Assembly (NCBI GenBank): GCA_033549025.1
Contig: JAWSUS010000003.1
Coordinates: forward strand, 1-64,000
Length of the DNA: 64,000 bases
Direction: 5' to 3'
From: Desulfuromonadales bacterium
GTDB taxonomy: Bacteria > Desulfobacterota > Desulfuromonadia > Desulfuromonadales > SZUA-540
Shown one piece after another: positions 8,204 to 15,726 of the stretch. The number at the start of each line of letters is the position of its first letter. Position 1 is the first letter of the stretch. The notes beneath the pieces are model-generated. The model saw only the letters and a list, made by a program, of their open reading frames with translations, was not told where the DNA came from and made no database searches. Position numbers and translations under genes: made by a program.

Positions 8204-10380
8204 TAGAACTCCTCTTCTTCTTGGTCTTCGTCAATGCCCGGCACGGTGTCGGCTGCCGGCGATTTTGGCCCTGATGGGCCGCTCAAAACCCCGCCACCCA
8301 GCGCGGCTAGCTTGGCAATCATGTCGGTCTCTTCCAGTCCCGGCATCATAATTTCCATGACTTCCCCGGCTGCCTCTTCCTGCGCGTCGGCTTCTTCCTC
8401 CTCCGGCTCTGCTGGGTTTTCTTTGGTTTCCTCTGCCGCGCCTGGGGGGAGAAATTCAGGGTCAACCGGCGCGGTCTGCTGGGGTTCTCGTTCTGGTTCG
8501 GGGTCTGGTTTGGGCTTTGGTTTGGGTGCCGGGGCTGGTTTTGCTTCTGGTGCGGCCTGGCTTTGCTCCTGGGCCTGATTTTGTGCAGGGCTTCCCCCTT
8601 CCCCGCCACCAGCCCGTTTCTTTTCTTCTTGCTCCTGCTGCATCTCCCGGTGAAAATCAATGACCTGCTTGGTCTTCCTGCGCTTCGTCCACGCTGCCGG
8701 CTCATCCTCAGAACGAACTATTTTTGCGTCCACCCAGGGCCAGAGCAATTTATAGACGGTTTGGCCACCAGTCAGCAAAAGCCCTTCGACCGCCTTTTGT
8801 TTTTGGCGGTTTCCGAGAGTTGAGAACTCGTCCGGCCGCACGATATATTCATCTTGCTCCTGCCAGCTGTCTTGTCGGCTGTCGCCTGTTGATCCGCCAA
8901 CCCCGCCGCCGGAGTAGCTGGCAACATATTTCCGGGTCTTCTGCTTTCCGCACAATTTTGCAAGAAATTCGGCGGTCTCGACTGCCAGCGCACGGCCCAA
9001 GAAGTAGGTTCCAATATTTGAGGTCCAGTTCTCGGCGGTGTGCTCTCCGTAAACTTCTCTTATTTGCGAAATATTTTGACTGCCGATTATCATCCTGACC
9101 CCTTTCGACCGGCCGACTTCCAGCATTTTTGTTAATGTTGGGACTTTCCCGACTTGTATAATTTCATCGAAGACAAACCAGATTCTTCTGGTTCGTGATT
9201 CAGTCATTGTGGGGCTTGATACAGTCGCACCTACAACTGACATGATGGCTTGAATATAGCTTTGTTCTAGCTGCTTATATCTTTCATTCCCCTGCAGAAT
9301 GATGATTCTATGCTTTGGGTTTTTGTGTTTTTTGTCGGTCAACAACCATTTTCTGATTGAAATGGCAGGTTTTTTATTCCAGGCAGCGGCTAAATCAGAC
9401 ACGGTTGACATGTAGGAACTCAAAACAATCAAAAATGATTGTGAGGTCTTTGTGATTTCTTCGCTTTCGACCAGTCCTGACGCCTCCGGCGTATATTTGT
9501 GAATGATTGATCTGAGGTGCTTGTAACCCTTGGCGATCTCCCTTAGGACGTCCTGCAGGTCCCATTGATCCCTCTCTTTAATCAAATAGACCAGCACAGC
9601 GGTCAGGATCGCCCTCGCTGCATTCGCCCACATCGGGTCTGAGCTGTCTTTGATGAGCGCCTGGGCGAAATTCCGGGCATCCGCAATATTTTGGAGGTCT
9701 TCCGAGATTTTCCACGCCGCGCACCGCTTGTCCCAGGGGGCGAGAATTACCCCATCAAATCGCTGCGTCCATTCGCCTTTGTTGTCGTATATTAATAGTC
9801 TGTCGCCCCGCGCCGCTGCCGCCCGAGTGATGGGAAAAATAAAGGTGGTTTTGCCCGCGCCGCTGCCCCCGACCGCGAAAATATGTTTCGTTTCTCGGTC
9901 CAGACTGATCGGCACCCCGGGGAAGATTTCAATCCCGGCTTCCCCTTTTCCGATCTCTTTTTTCATCTCTTTTTTGAGTGCTTCGACAGCTGTTTCTTCC
10001 TCCTCCAACTGCCGCCCTGCAAGATGTTCGACAGCGGGCTGGGGGGTTGTGAGCCACCAGCCGATCCAGCCCGCCAGGGTAGCCCCCAGGACGCCGACCG
10101 ATGCGGTGGCCTGGGGGGAATAGCAATAAGGCATGGGGAAGCGGGTATAAATGATCTTGAAGCTCCGGGCAGACCCAAAAAGATCGACCCCGGCCAGCCC
10201 CAGGGCTGATTTAAGGATGGCCACGGGCCGCCAGCCGTTTTGCGCAAAAATTGGCAAGTTGCTGATAGCCCAGGCAGCTGCATAGGCCCCCAGGGCCAGC
10301 CCCAGAGCCGCGAAGGTCAGGGAGCATAGGGTTGTGCCTTGTAGGTCTCTGGGTTGTCTCATTACCTTCTTTTTGTCCAT
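8203..10380 (-). CDS. Type IV coupling protein (TrwB/TraD-like)
   Basis: Two N-terminal TM segments, Walker [16 protein letters not shown], Walker B WFVFDE, GRSKG, QNISQI; long acidic Pro/Glu tail. Confidence 0.93.
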   Translation of the reverse strand: MDKKKVMRQPRDLQGTTLCSLTFAALGLALGAYAAAWAISNLPIFAQNGWRPVAILKSALGLAGVDLFGSARSFKIIYTRFPMPYCYSPQATASVGVLGATLAGWIGWWLTTPQPAVEHLAGRQLEEEETAVEALKKEMKKEIGKGEAGIEIFPGVPISLDRETKHIFAVGGSGAGKTTFIFPITRAAAARGDRLLIYDNKGEWTQRFDGVILAPWDKRCAAWKISEDLQNIADARNFAQALIKDSSDPMWANAARAILTAVLVYLIKERDQWDLQDVLREIAKGYKHLRSIIHKYTPEASGLVESEEITKTSQSFLIVLSSYMSTVSDLAAAWNKKPAISIRKWLLTDKKHKNPKHRIIILQGNERYKQLEQSYIQAIMSVVGATVSSPTMTESRTRRIWFVFDEIIQVGKVPTLTKMLEVGRSKGVRMIIGSQNISQIREVYGEHTAENWTSNIGTYFLGRALAVETAEFLAKLCGKQKTRKYVASYSGGGVGGSTGDSRQDSWQEQDEYIVRPDEFSTLGNRQKQKAVEGLLLTGGQTVYKLLWPWVDAKIVRSEDEPAAWTKRRKTKQVIDFHREMQQEQEEKKRAGGGEGGSPAQNQAQEQSQAAPEAKPAPAPKPKPKPDPEPEREPQQTAPVDPEFLPPGAAEETKENPAEPEEEEADAQEEAAGEVMEIMMPGLEETDMIAKLAALGGGVLSGPSGPKSPAADTVPGIDEDQEEEEF

Positions 10381-10404
10381 GGGGCGGGCCTCCTGCTATC
10401 TTTT

Positions 10405-10761
10405 TTAACGGCTTGTCGGGCGCTGCTGGGCGGGTTGCGTGGGTTGCGCGGGCCGTTTCTTTGCGATCTCCAGAGCGAGCGTGTTGCTTTGGCGGACAAT
10501 TTTGTCTTGGCCTTCGGCGAGCAATTTCATCATCTCTGCCAACACCGTGAGCCTTTCGGTCAACAATGTTTCTATGTTGCCGATTCGGTCAGCGGTTCGG
10601 GTTTCGAGTCCGGCGAGGCGGGAATCGAAATTGATCCCTTCCACGCCCTGTCGCCACCCCTGGCGAAGAGCATCAGCTAGGGTAGATCCAGACTTGTTTG
10701 CTTCCTTCTCCAGCAAATCAAAATCAACTTGGTTAAGTCTGACGGTCACTCTTTTTTCCAT
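10405..10761 (-). CDS. RHH relaxosome accessory protein (TrwA/MobC-like)
   Basis: RVTVRLNQVDFDLLEKEANKSGSTLADALR RHH pattern; first gene of the accessory-T4CP-relaxase operon. Confidence 0.75.
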   Translation of the reverse strand: MEKRVTVRLNQVDFDLLEKEANKSGSTLADALRQGWRQGVEGINFDSRLAGLETRTADRIGNIETLLTERLTVLAEMMKLLAEGQDKIVRQSNTLALEIAKKRPAQPTQPAQQRPTSR

Positions 10762-10781
10762 TTTTCATTCTCCTTTTTAGG

Positions 10782-11039
10782 TTGGCTGCCAACGGCAGCG
10801 TTGGCGGCTATTTGGCTGCCAAACACTATTTATGCCTGGCAGCGTTGGCAGCTATTTGGCTGCCAACGTGGTTTTTTGTTTGGCTGCCATTGGCTGCCAA
10901 CGGCACAGGGCCGTTTTTGCACGGGTTTTCGGTTTTGCGCGGTTTCTTTTGGCAGCCAGCGACTAGCAAGGTTGGCTGCCATTGGCACAGCCCTAATTTG
11001 CTGGGCTGTGCTTGGCCGGGCTGCCCTCCTGGCAGCCAA
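10782..11039. repeat. Cluster of ~8 TTGGC(T/A)GCCA(A) palindromic boxes in the oriT region
   Basis: Copies start at 10782, 10812, 10856, 10880, 10890, 10949, 10972 and 11029, plus a 29-bp direct repeat (10794-10822 / 10838-10866). Confidence 0.9.
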
Positions 11040-11043
11040 ATCA

Positions 11044-11072
11044 CACCCGGCTGGGTGAGTCGGGTGTGTAAG
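11044..11072 (+). other. Predicted MOBF oriT, nic between 11067 and 11068
   Basis: CACCC-GGCT-GGGTG hairpin followed by AGTCGGGTGT/GTAAG, resembling the F (GCGTGGGGTGT/GG) and R388 (GGTGCGTATTGTCT/ATAG) nic sites; lies upstream of the trwA-like gene. Confidence 0.65.
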
Positions 11073-11096
11073 AAAAACTATGTCGCCTTTGGGTGG

Positions 11097-11813
11097 TCAA
11101 TATCCCAGCGCCATCCACCAGGCCGGCCCATGAGTGATGTCAGCTACCATGTTGGCGCCGAATCGATCCACTGAGTACGCCTGCCCGCTCGTCGCGCTGG
11201 TGGAGTTCCGATTTGCTGTGACCTGAATGCTCACACATGCAGTCGGGAAAGGGATAGGGAACGGCTTGTATCGAACAGCATTAGTTGTCACCAATCCCCA
11301 TTGAATAATCAGACCATTGGGCAATCGGGTCCAGCCGGCCGCACCAAGGCTGCCCTCGGCCCCTGGCCAGGATGTCCGGGGAACTCCCCCAAGGGTGATG
11401 GACCCGGCCGTCAGGCTGTTGGCCTGGGCTGAATTCAGCCTGGAAGTGCTGGCAGGATTGACATAATAGGAACTGTCTTGCAGATCCCGCATTTCCCCGG
11501 CCAAAATCGACGCTTGGCGGCTCCATCCTGCAGGATCTAGGTAGTAGGAAGGGTTGTCCCTGTCCTGAAAGTAGGACCCCGAAACGACGCCCCCCTGGAC
11601 CTCCCCGGGAGAGTAGACAGACCCGGCAAGGACCTGGCCGCCGGAATACATGGAGCCGGCCTGCACCTGCCCGGCTGCTGTGATTGAGTAGCCATGCAGG
11701 TTCTGGTGCTGGTTTTGCGCAACCCCAGGAGGGGCATAGCTGGTGGAATCAGCGGCAAAAACGGGGAAAGAAGGTAGCAACAAAAGCAGCAGGAAAATTT
11801 TTTTCATTTTCAT
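11097..11813 (-). CDS. Secreted adhesin-like protein with PilV/fibre-like repeats and a phage tail-fibre (gp53-like) C-terminal domain
   Basis: Signal peptide MKMKKIFLLLLLLPSFPVFA; two D..YY(L/V)(D/N)PA..SR repeats; C-terminal GWTRLPNGLIIQWG..FPIPFPTAC..WMALGY. Confidence 0.75.
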   Translation of the reverse strand: MKMKKIFLLLLLLPSFPVFAADSTSYAPPGVAQNQHQNLHGYSITAAGQVQAGSMYSGGQVLAGSVYSPGEVQGGVVSGSYFQDRDNPSYYLDPAGWSRQASILAGEMRDLQDSSYYVNPASTSRLNSAQANSLTAGSITLGGVPRTSWPGAEGSLGAAGWTRLPNGLIIQWGLVTTNAVRYKPFPIPFPTACVSIQVTANRNSTSATSGQAYSVDRFGANMVADITHGPAWWMALGY

Positions 11814-12013
11814 CACCTGATCTCCTTGCACAGAAATAGGCCATCCGCCAAACCCGTAAAGTAATGAAATTCATGGGTTTTACGGGCTTCAAGGGGTGCT
11901 GACCAGAGGATGTTTCTCAGGGTCTTGTAATCTATGTTCAGCCCCAGATGATTGATGGATTCGAGCCAGTCAAGGACTGGCTCTGTGAGGTTTTGTTGAT
12001 TAGTTTCGGGCAT
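11813..12013 (-). CDS. Small hypothetical protein (66 aa)
   Basis: Abuts the upstream stop codon and has a TGATG overlap with the adhesin start; GGGGAGG RBS. Confidence 0.65.
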   Translation of the reverse strand: MPETNQQNLTEPVLDWLESINHLGLNIDYKTLRNILWSAPLEARKTHEFHYFTGLADGLFLCKEIR

Positions 12014-12502
12014 TTATGCCTCCCCTACACGATGAGATATGGCCGCGCCCGGCGCAGAGGTGAGGTCCATGCCCTTGCGCTGGTAATAGTCGGCCAGGCT
12101 TTGCCCACAAGTCGCCCAGCCGGCGGTCGGCTTCATTCGGTCAACTTCCTTTATTTTTTGAAGGATTTGCGCCCGGGTGGCTTTGCCCGAAAAAAACAGC
12201 CGATGCATGGATTGGAAAACCTTGTAGCTGTCAGGGTCGCCCGGGGTGAATCTCTCCCGCGTCCGCTGGGCCTGCTGGCGATCGGCGCGGGCCGCCCCGG
12301 CCTCCCTCACCATCCGCAGAAAAACGATCGGCGCGGGTTGGGAGGTGAAGGTTCTTTCGAGCGTCTTGAGGGCATCTCTCGCATCCTCGGCTGCCTCTCC
12401 TTCCAGATCCTGGGCCAGCCGCTCCCTGGCAGCGCGGGGGTAGTCCCTAGCAAACATCATTTCGATCGTCTTGACCGCTTCCAGTGCGTGTTCTTTCTTC
12501 AT
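12014..12502 (-). CDS. Hypothetical protein, possible replication partner or helicase loader
   Basis: ATGA overlap with the rep gene; position equivalent to lambda P. Function inferred from position only. Confidence 0.6.
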   Translation of the reverse strand: MKKEHALEAVKTIEMMFARDYPRAARERLAQDLEGEAAEDARDALKTLERTFTSQPAPIVFLRMVREAGAARADRQQAQRTRERFTPGDPDSYKVFQSMHRLFFSGKATRAQILQKIKEVDRMKPTAGWATCGQSLADYYQRKGMDLTSAPGAAISHRVGEA

Positions 12503-13371
12503 CTGATCTCTCCTTTCTCGTACAACTCCATGAAGGTTTCGAACGGCTGGGGGCCTTCCCCGCCTTGCTCCTGCTCCTCTTTTCTTTTCCAGCCAGCCAT
12601 CTGCCCTCTGTCTTCCTCAGACAGCCCGCCTTGGTCGATTATTATTCTGTTTTTCGCCTTCCGTGCCCAACCTGTCGGGCTGAACGGAGGGCCACCAGCA
12701 GACCCGTACAGCAAGCCCAGCCGCAGGTATTCCTTTATTTCTTCATCCTTGCTTGCTCCCCCGCCCGGGGTAGGGAAAGGCTGAGATTGATAGGAATCCA
12801 GACCACCACCACCTGACCGCTCATCTCCCTCCCCTGTCTCTTTTTCACCTCCCTCCTTGGTGGTGGTGGTATTCTGGTTTGTTTCAGTTCTGTGTTGAAT
12901 AAGATCTGTGCTGTATATATGGGGGGGTGAACCGTCGCCGGGTGAACCGTCGCCGGGTGAACCGTCGCCGGGTGAACCGTCGCCGGTTGACCCGCCATCT
13001 CCGGGTAACCCGATCATGGGCTTTTCTTCCTTTTTCTTTTCCTTGCCACGCCGCCTTTCTGCATAAAAATCAACATTCTGCGATTCTCCATAGATTTCCG
13101 ACACCCAGTTCCACCCTCCGTTCTGCAGGCGGATTTGCCGCCTTTTGACATACCCGGCACGCTCCAAATTCTCCATGGCCCTCCCCAGCCGGTCTTTCCC
13201 CCACCCCGTTTCTTTTTTGATCTGGCCGGGCCGGAATTCCCAGCCTGGGGGGCGGCTGATAAGCCGCACGAGAAGGCCCAGCTCATCGAGCTGGAGCCGG
13301 GGGTCGCGAAGAGTTTTGACGGGCAGCAGCTCGAACTGGCCAGTCGGTTTTACTATTTTGTAGATCGACAT
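12499..13371 (-). CDS. Phage-type replication initiator with N-terminal winged HTH
   Basis: True start MSIYKIVK at 13371; LRDPRL...GLLVRLISRPPGWEF....IKKETGWGKD...RAMENLERAGYV pattern; internal iteron-like repeats. Confidence 0.75.
   Translation of the reverse strand: MSIYKIVKPTGQFELLPVKTLRDPRLQLDELGLLVRLISRPPGWEFRPGQIKKETGWGKDRLGRAMENLERAGYVKRRQIRLQNGGWNWVSEIYGESQNVDFYAERRRGKEKKKEEKPMIGLPGDGGSTGDGSPGDGSPGDGSPGDGSPPHIYSTDLIQHRTETNQNTTTTKEGGEKETGEGDERSGGGGLDSYQSQPFPTPGGGASKDEEIKEYLRLGLLYGSAGGPPFSPTGWARKAKNRIIIDQGGLSEEDRGQMAGWKRKEEQEQGGEGPQPFETFMELYEKGEIR
12925..12984. repeat. Four perfect 15-bp tandem repeats GGGTGAACCGTCGCC (putative iterons/ori inside rep)
   Basis: Four exact copies plus degenerate copies to ~13012; flanked by an AT-rich tract at 12871-12920. 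Confidence 0.9.
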
Positions 13372-13375
13372 CGCC

Positions 13376-13687
13376 TTACCCCCTTCTTTCCCTGACTTCC
13401 TGGGCCTTGCTCTTTCTTCCCATTTTCCCTTTCCCTGCGGGGCTGCCTTCTGCCTCACCCCCTTCTTCCCCCTCTGGCTGATTTCTCTGGTCCAGCCACA
13501 GCAGCAGGGAGCGGGTAGGGTAAAGGACGGCCCGCCCGCTCTTGATGTACGCTGGCCCCTGTCCTTGACAACCCATGTTTGCCAGCCTCTTTTGAGACAG
13601 CCAGGGGAAATATTTTTGGATTTGCGCCCTGGGGATGACTGGCGGGAATCGATCTTCCAGGTCCAAAAAACTAAACTCTTTCTCCAT
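13376..13687 (-). CDS. Excisionase/AlpA-like HTH protein
   Basis: LSQKRLANMGCQGQGPAYIKSGRAVLYPTRSLLLWL matches the Xis/HTH_17 pattern; GGAGG RBS. Confidence 0.75.
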   Translation of the reverse strand: MEKEFSFLDLEDRFPPVIPRAQIQKYFPWLSQKRLANMGCQGQGPAYIKSGRAVLYPTRSLLLWLDQRNQPEGEEGGEAEGSPAGKGKMGRKSKAQEVRERRG

Positions 13688-13773
13688 CTGTAAACCTCCT
13701 TTTTTCTGCCTTGTTTAACCCAGGATATCCCCCCGCATCCAGAAAAAAAAGAGAGCAAATTTGAGGGTATTTG

Positions 13774-13801
13774 AATTAATTTGACATATGTCAATTTAAT
13801 T
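13774..13801. promoter_or_regulatory. Palindromic operator / back-to-back -35 hexamers between divergent genes
   Basis: AATTAATTTGACATATGTCAATTTAATT with a perfect TTGACATATGTCAA core at 13781-13794. Confidence 0.65.
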
Positions 13802-13844
13802 GGTAAAAAGAAGCCCTGACATATACAAAAGGGGGGGTTGGGGC

Positions 13845-14906
13845 ATGAGAACAAGGGAAGACAAGACGGGGAATCAAAATCAAGCTCTGCCCGCCAAGGC
13901 GGGCCGACCGAAGGGCAGCACGAGAGAACAAACAGCGTCCAAAAAACTAGATTTTTTGAAAACAAGAACCTGGGTTTGGACATCCTCCGCCCGGCTCTCT
14001 GAAGGAGGCGACCAGCCGACAAGCTACAGATTGAGCCGGGCGGCGAACCAGCGCAGGAAAGACGGCTACGGACCGACCCCCGAAGCCTGGGATCGTTGGA
14101 AGAATAAAGAGAGGGGGGTGACACAGGCCACCGTCGAATCCCTCTGGTCAGAGACCAGCGATGCCTTTTCCGTCGGCCCCTGGGTTGGCCCATGGTCCAT
14201 GCTGGCTGAAGGGACGCCCTGCCTTGGCAGCACATTTAAAGAAGACGTCGCGGCCGGCGCGGGGGGATATGTACCCCTGTGGGAGCAGATCAGAGGAAGT
14301 GCTAACCCCAAAGAAGCTTGGAAGAAAATCCCCAAATCGGCATGGGAAGCCTGGGCGCCGCAGCGACCCCTTGGCTTCGGAAAAATCAGCTTCGGAAAAA
14401 TCAGCCTAGCTTTAAAAAATAGCGAACTCATCCCCGGGAAAGACGAATTCAGATCCAGTGTGACCCTACATAATTTTTTGCAGAAAATCGCCAGAGAGAT
14501 CACCGCGCCGGCCTTGCTGGCCCTCGCGGCAAGCCTGTGTTTAGCGCGACTCGAAGGAAGAGAAAAAATATTGTTTTTCGACCCCCGGTTCCAATTCAAC
14601 ACAACGGAACAGTCCTTTAAATATTCACTATCCTCAAAGCAGCGGCCGCGAGTTCTCAACGCCCTCAAGGAGATAGACATCCAGTTCGACGAAATCGCTT
14701 TGATTTCAGGGGAATTTGGGTTAGAACTACTTGATTGCGGCAGCATGACCCTCGACCAGTACAAAAATCACCTGGGCCTTAAAGAGCTGATTGTCGACGC
14801 CCCTAGAAAAGAAGAAGATTGGCGGGCCATTTTCGAGCCACAAATCCCAGGGGTTACAAGGGGAAAAAATGGGACAATTTTGGGACAACGGGAGGAAGAT
14901 TTTTAA
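13845..14906 (+). CDS. Hypothetical protein, possible element regulator
   Basis: 353-aa ORF divergent from the xis-like gene; basic GRPKG N-terminus; no family recognised. Confidence 0.65.
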   Translation: MRTREDKTGNQNQALPAKAGRPKGSTREQTASKKLDFLKTRTWVWTSSARLSEGGDQPTSYRLSRAANQRRKDGYGPTPEAWDRWKNKERGVTQATVESLWSETSDAFSVGPWVGPWSMLAEGTPCLGSTFKEDVAAGAGGYVPLWEQIRGSANPKEAWKKIPKSAWEAWAPQRPLGFGKISFGKISLALKNSELIPGKDEFRSSVTLHNFLQKIAREITAPALLALAASLCLARLEGREKILFFDPRFQFNTTEQSFKYSLSSKQRPRVLNALKEIDIQFDEIALISGEFGLELLDCGSMTLDQYKNHLGLKELIVDAPRKEEDWRAIFEPQIPGVTRGKNGTILGQREEDF

Positions 14907-14969
14907 AAAATCCAGAAACATAACTATTTGTTTTTATTGATTTTAACGTACTAAAAACCCCGGCTCTCT

Positions 14970-15026
14970 GGTCTCAAAAACCGATGGCTTCTGGCCGTGC
15001 CGGTTCGATTCCGGCCTTCGGCACCA
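14970..15026 (+). other. att site: 3' fragment of tRNA-Leu(CAA), anticodon loop to CCA
   Basis: GGT-CTCAAAA-ACC anticodon arm remnant, long variable arm, GCCGG-TTCGATT-CCGGC T arm, CTTCGGCACCA end. The 5' acceptor strand and D arm are absent upstream. Confidence 0.88.
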
Positions 15027-15104
15027 CAGCAAATCAGGGCCGGGAGTACTTCTCCTGGCCTTTTGCATTTCTGAAATCGATCCCTTCAAAAAGGAGACAC
15101 ACCG

Positions 15105-15617
15105 ATGAGCGAAAAGAATCCTGCTGTCCGACTGGAGACTTCCATGGGAGACATCACCCTGGAACTCGACGCCCAAAACGCTCCCAAATCAACCGCCAAT
15201 TTTCTTGAATACGTTAACAGTGGGTTTTATGACGGTACTATTTTTCATCGCGTCATCGACGGCTTCATGATCCAGGGTGGGGGCATGACCGCGGACATGA
15301 AAGAAAAAAAGACCCGCGGACCGATCCGCAATGAAGCCAGCAACGGGCTGAAAAACCTGCGGGGGACGATTGCCATGGCACGCACGCAGGTCGTTGACAG
15401 CGCCACCTGCCAATTCTTTATCAACGTCAAGGACAATGCCTTTTTAGATCACAAGAATGAGACGCCTTCGGGATACGGGTACGCTGTCTTCGGCAAGGTT
15501 ATTGATGGGATGGATATTGTCGATGCCATTCGGCAGGTAGCCACCGGCAACAAAGGGATGCACCAGGATGTCCCCAAAGAAGCGGTCGTCATCAACAAGG
15601 CCAGCGTTGTCGCATAA
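15105..15617 (+). CDS. ppiB: Cyclophilin-type peptidyl-prolyl cis-trans isomerase
   Basis: [41 protein letters not shown]. Confidence 0.95.
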   Translation: MSEKNPAVRLETSMGDITLELDAQNAPKSTANFLEYVNSGFYDGTIFHRVIDGFMIQGGGMTADMKEKKTRGPIRNEASNGLKNLRGTIAMARTQVVDSATCQFFINVKDNAFLDHKNETPSGYGYAVFGKVIDGMDIVDAIRQVATGNKGMHQDVPKEAVVINKASVVA

Positions 15618-15636
15618 AGCAGCACCATCTACTCAC

Positions 15637-15664
15637 AGCCGGGGCACCTCGCCCCGGCTTTCTT
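15637..15664 (+). terminator. Rho-independent terminator
   Basis: AGCCGGGGC-acctc-GCCCCGGCT followed by TTCTT. Confidence 0.7.
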
Positions 15665-15726
15665 ATCTCCACGAACGATAATCCCCCTGACTTCTTAGAG
15701 ATTTTCCGCTGCGGCTGCTATACTTG

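Larger units (their letters stand above)
1..15026. mobile_element. Integrative mobilisable element (right part), inserted at tRNA-Leu(CAA); extends beyond the left edge of the window
   Basis: Contains MOBF relaxase, coupling protein, DotA/TraY, replication initiator and Xis-like genes, almost all on the minus strand. Ends at a tRNA 3' fragment (14970-15026), after which housekeeping genes begin. No integrase is visible in the window. Confidence 0.88.

Noticed and set aside
11097..11813. Shufflon or prophage tail locus
   Set aside because: No Rci-like invertase, no sfx-like repeats, no alternative C-terminal cassettes and no other phage structural genes are visible in the window.
13372..14235. 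N-terminal half of the 578-aa ORF 12499..14235
   Set aside because: It overlaps the xis-like gene and the divergent ORF. Protein-like sequence and the RBS begin at 13371.
14970..15026. Intact tRNA-Leu gene
   Set aside because: No 5' acceptor strand or D arm upstream; treated as an att fragment.
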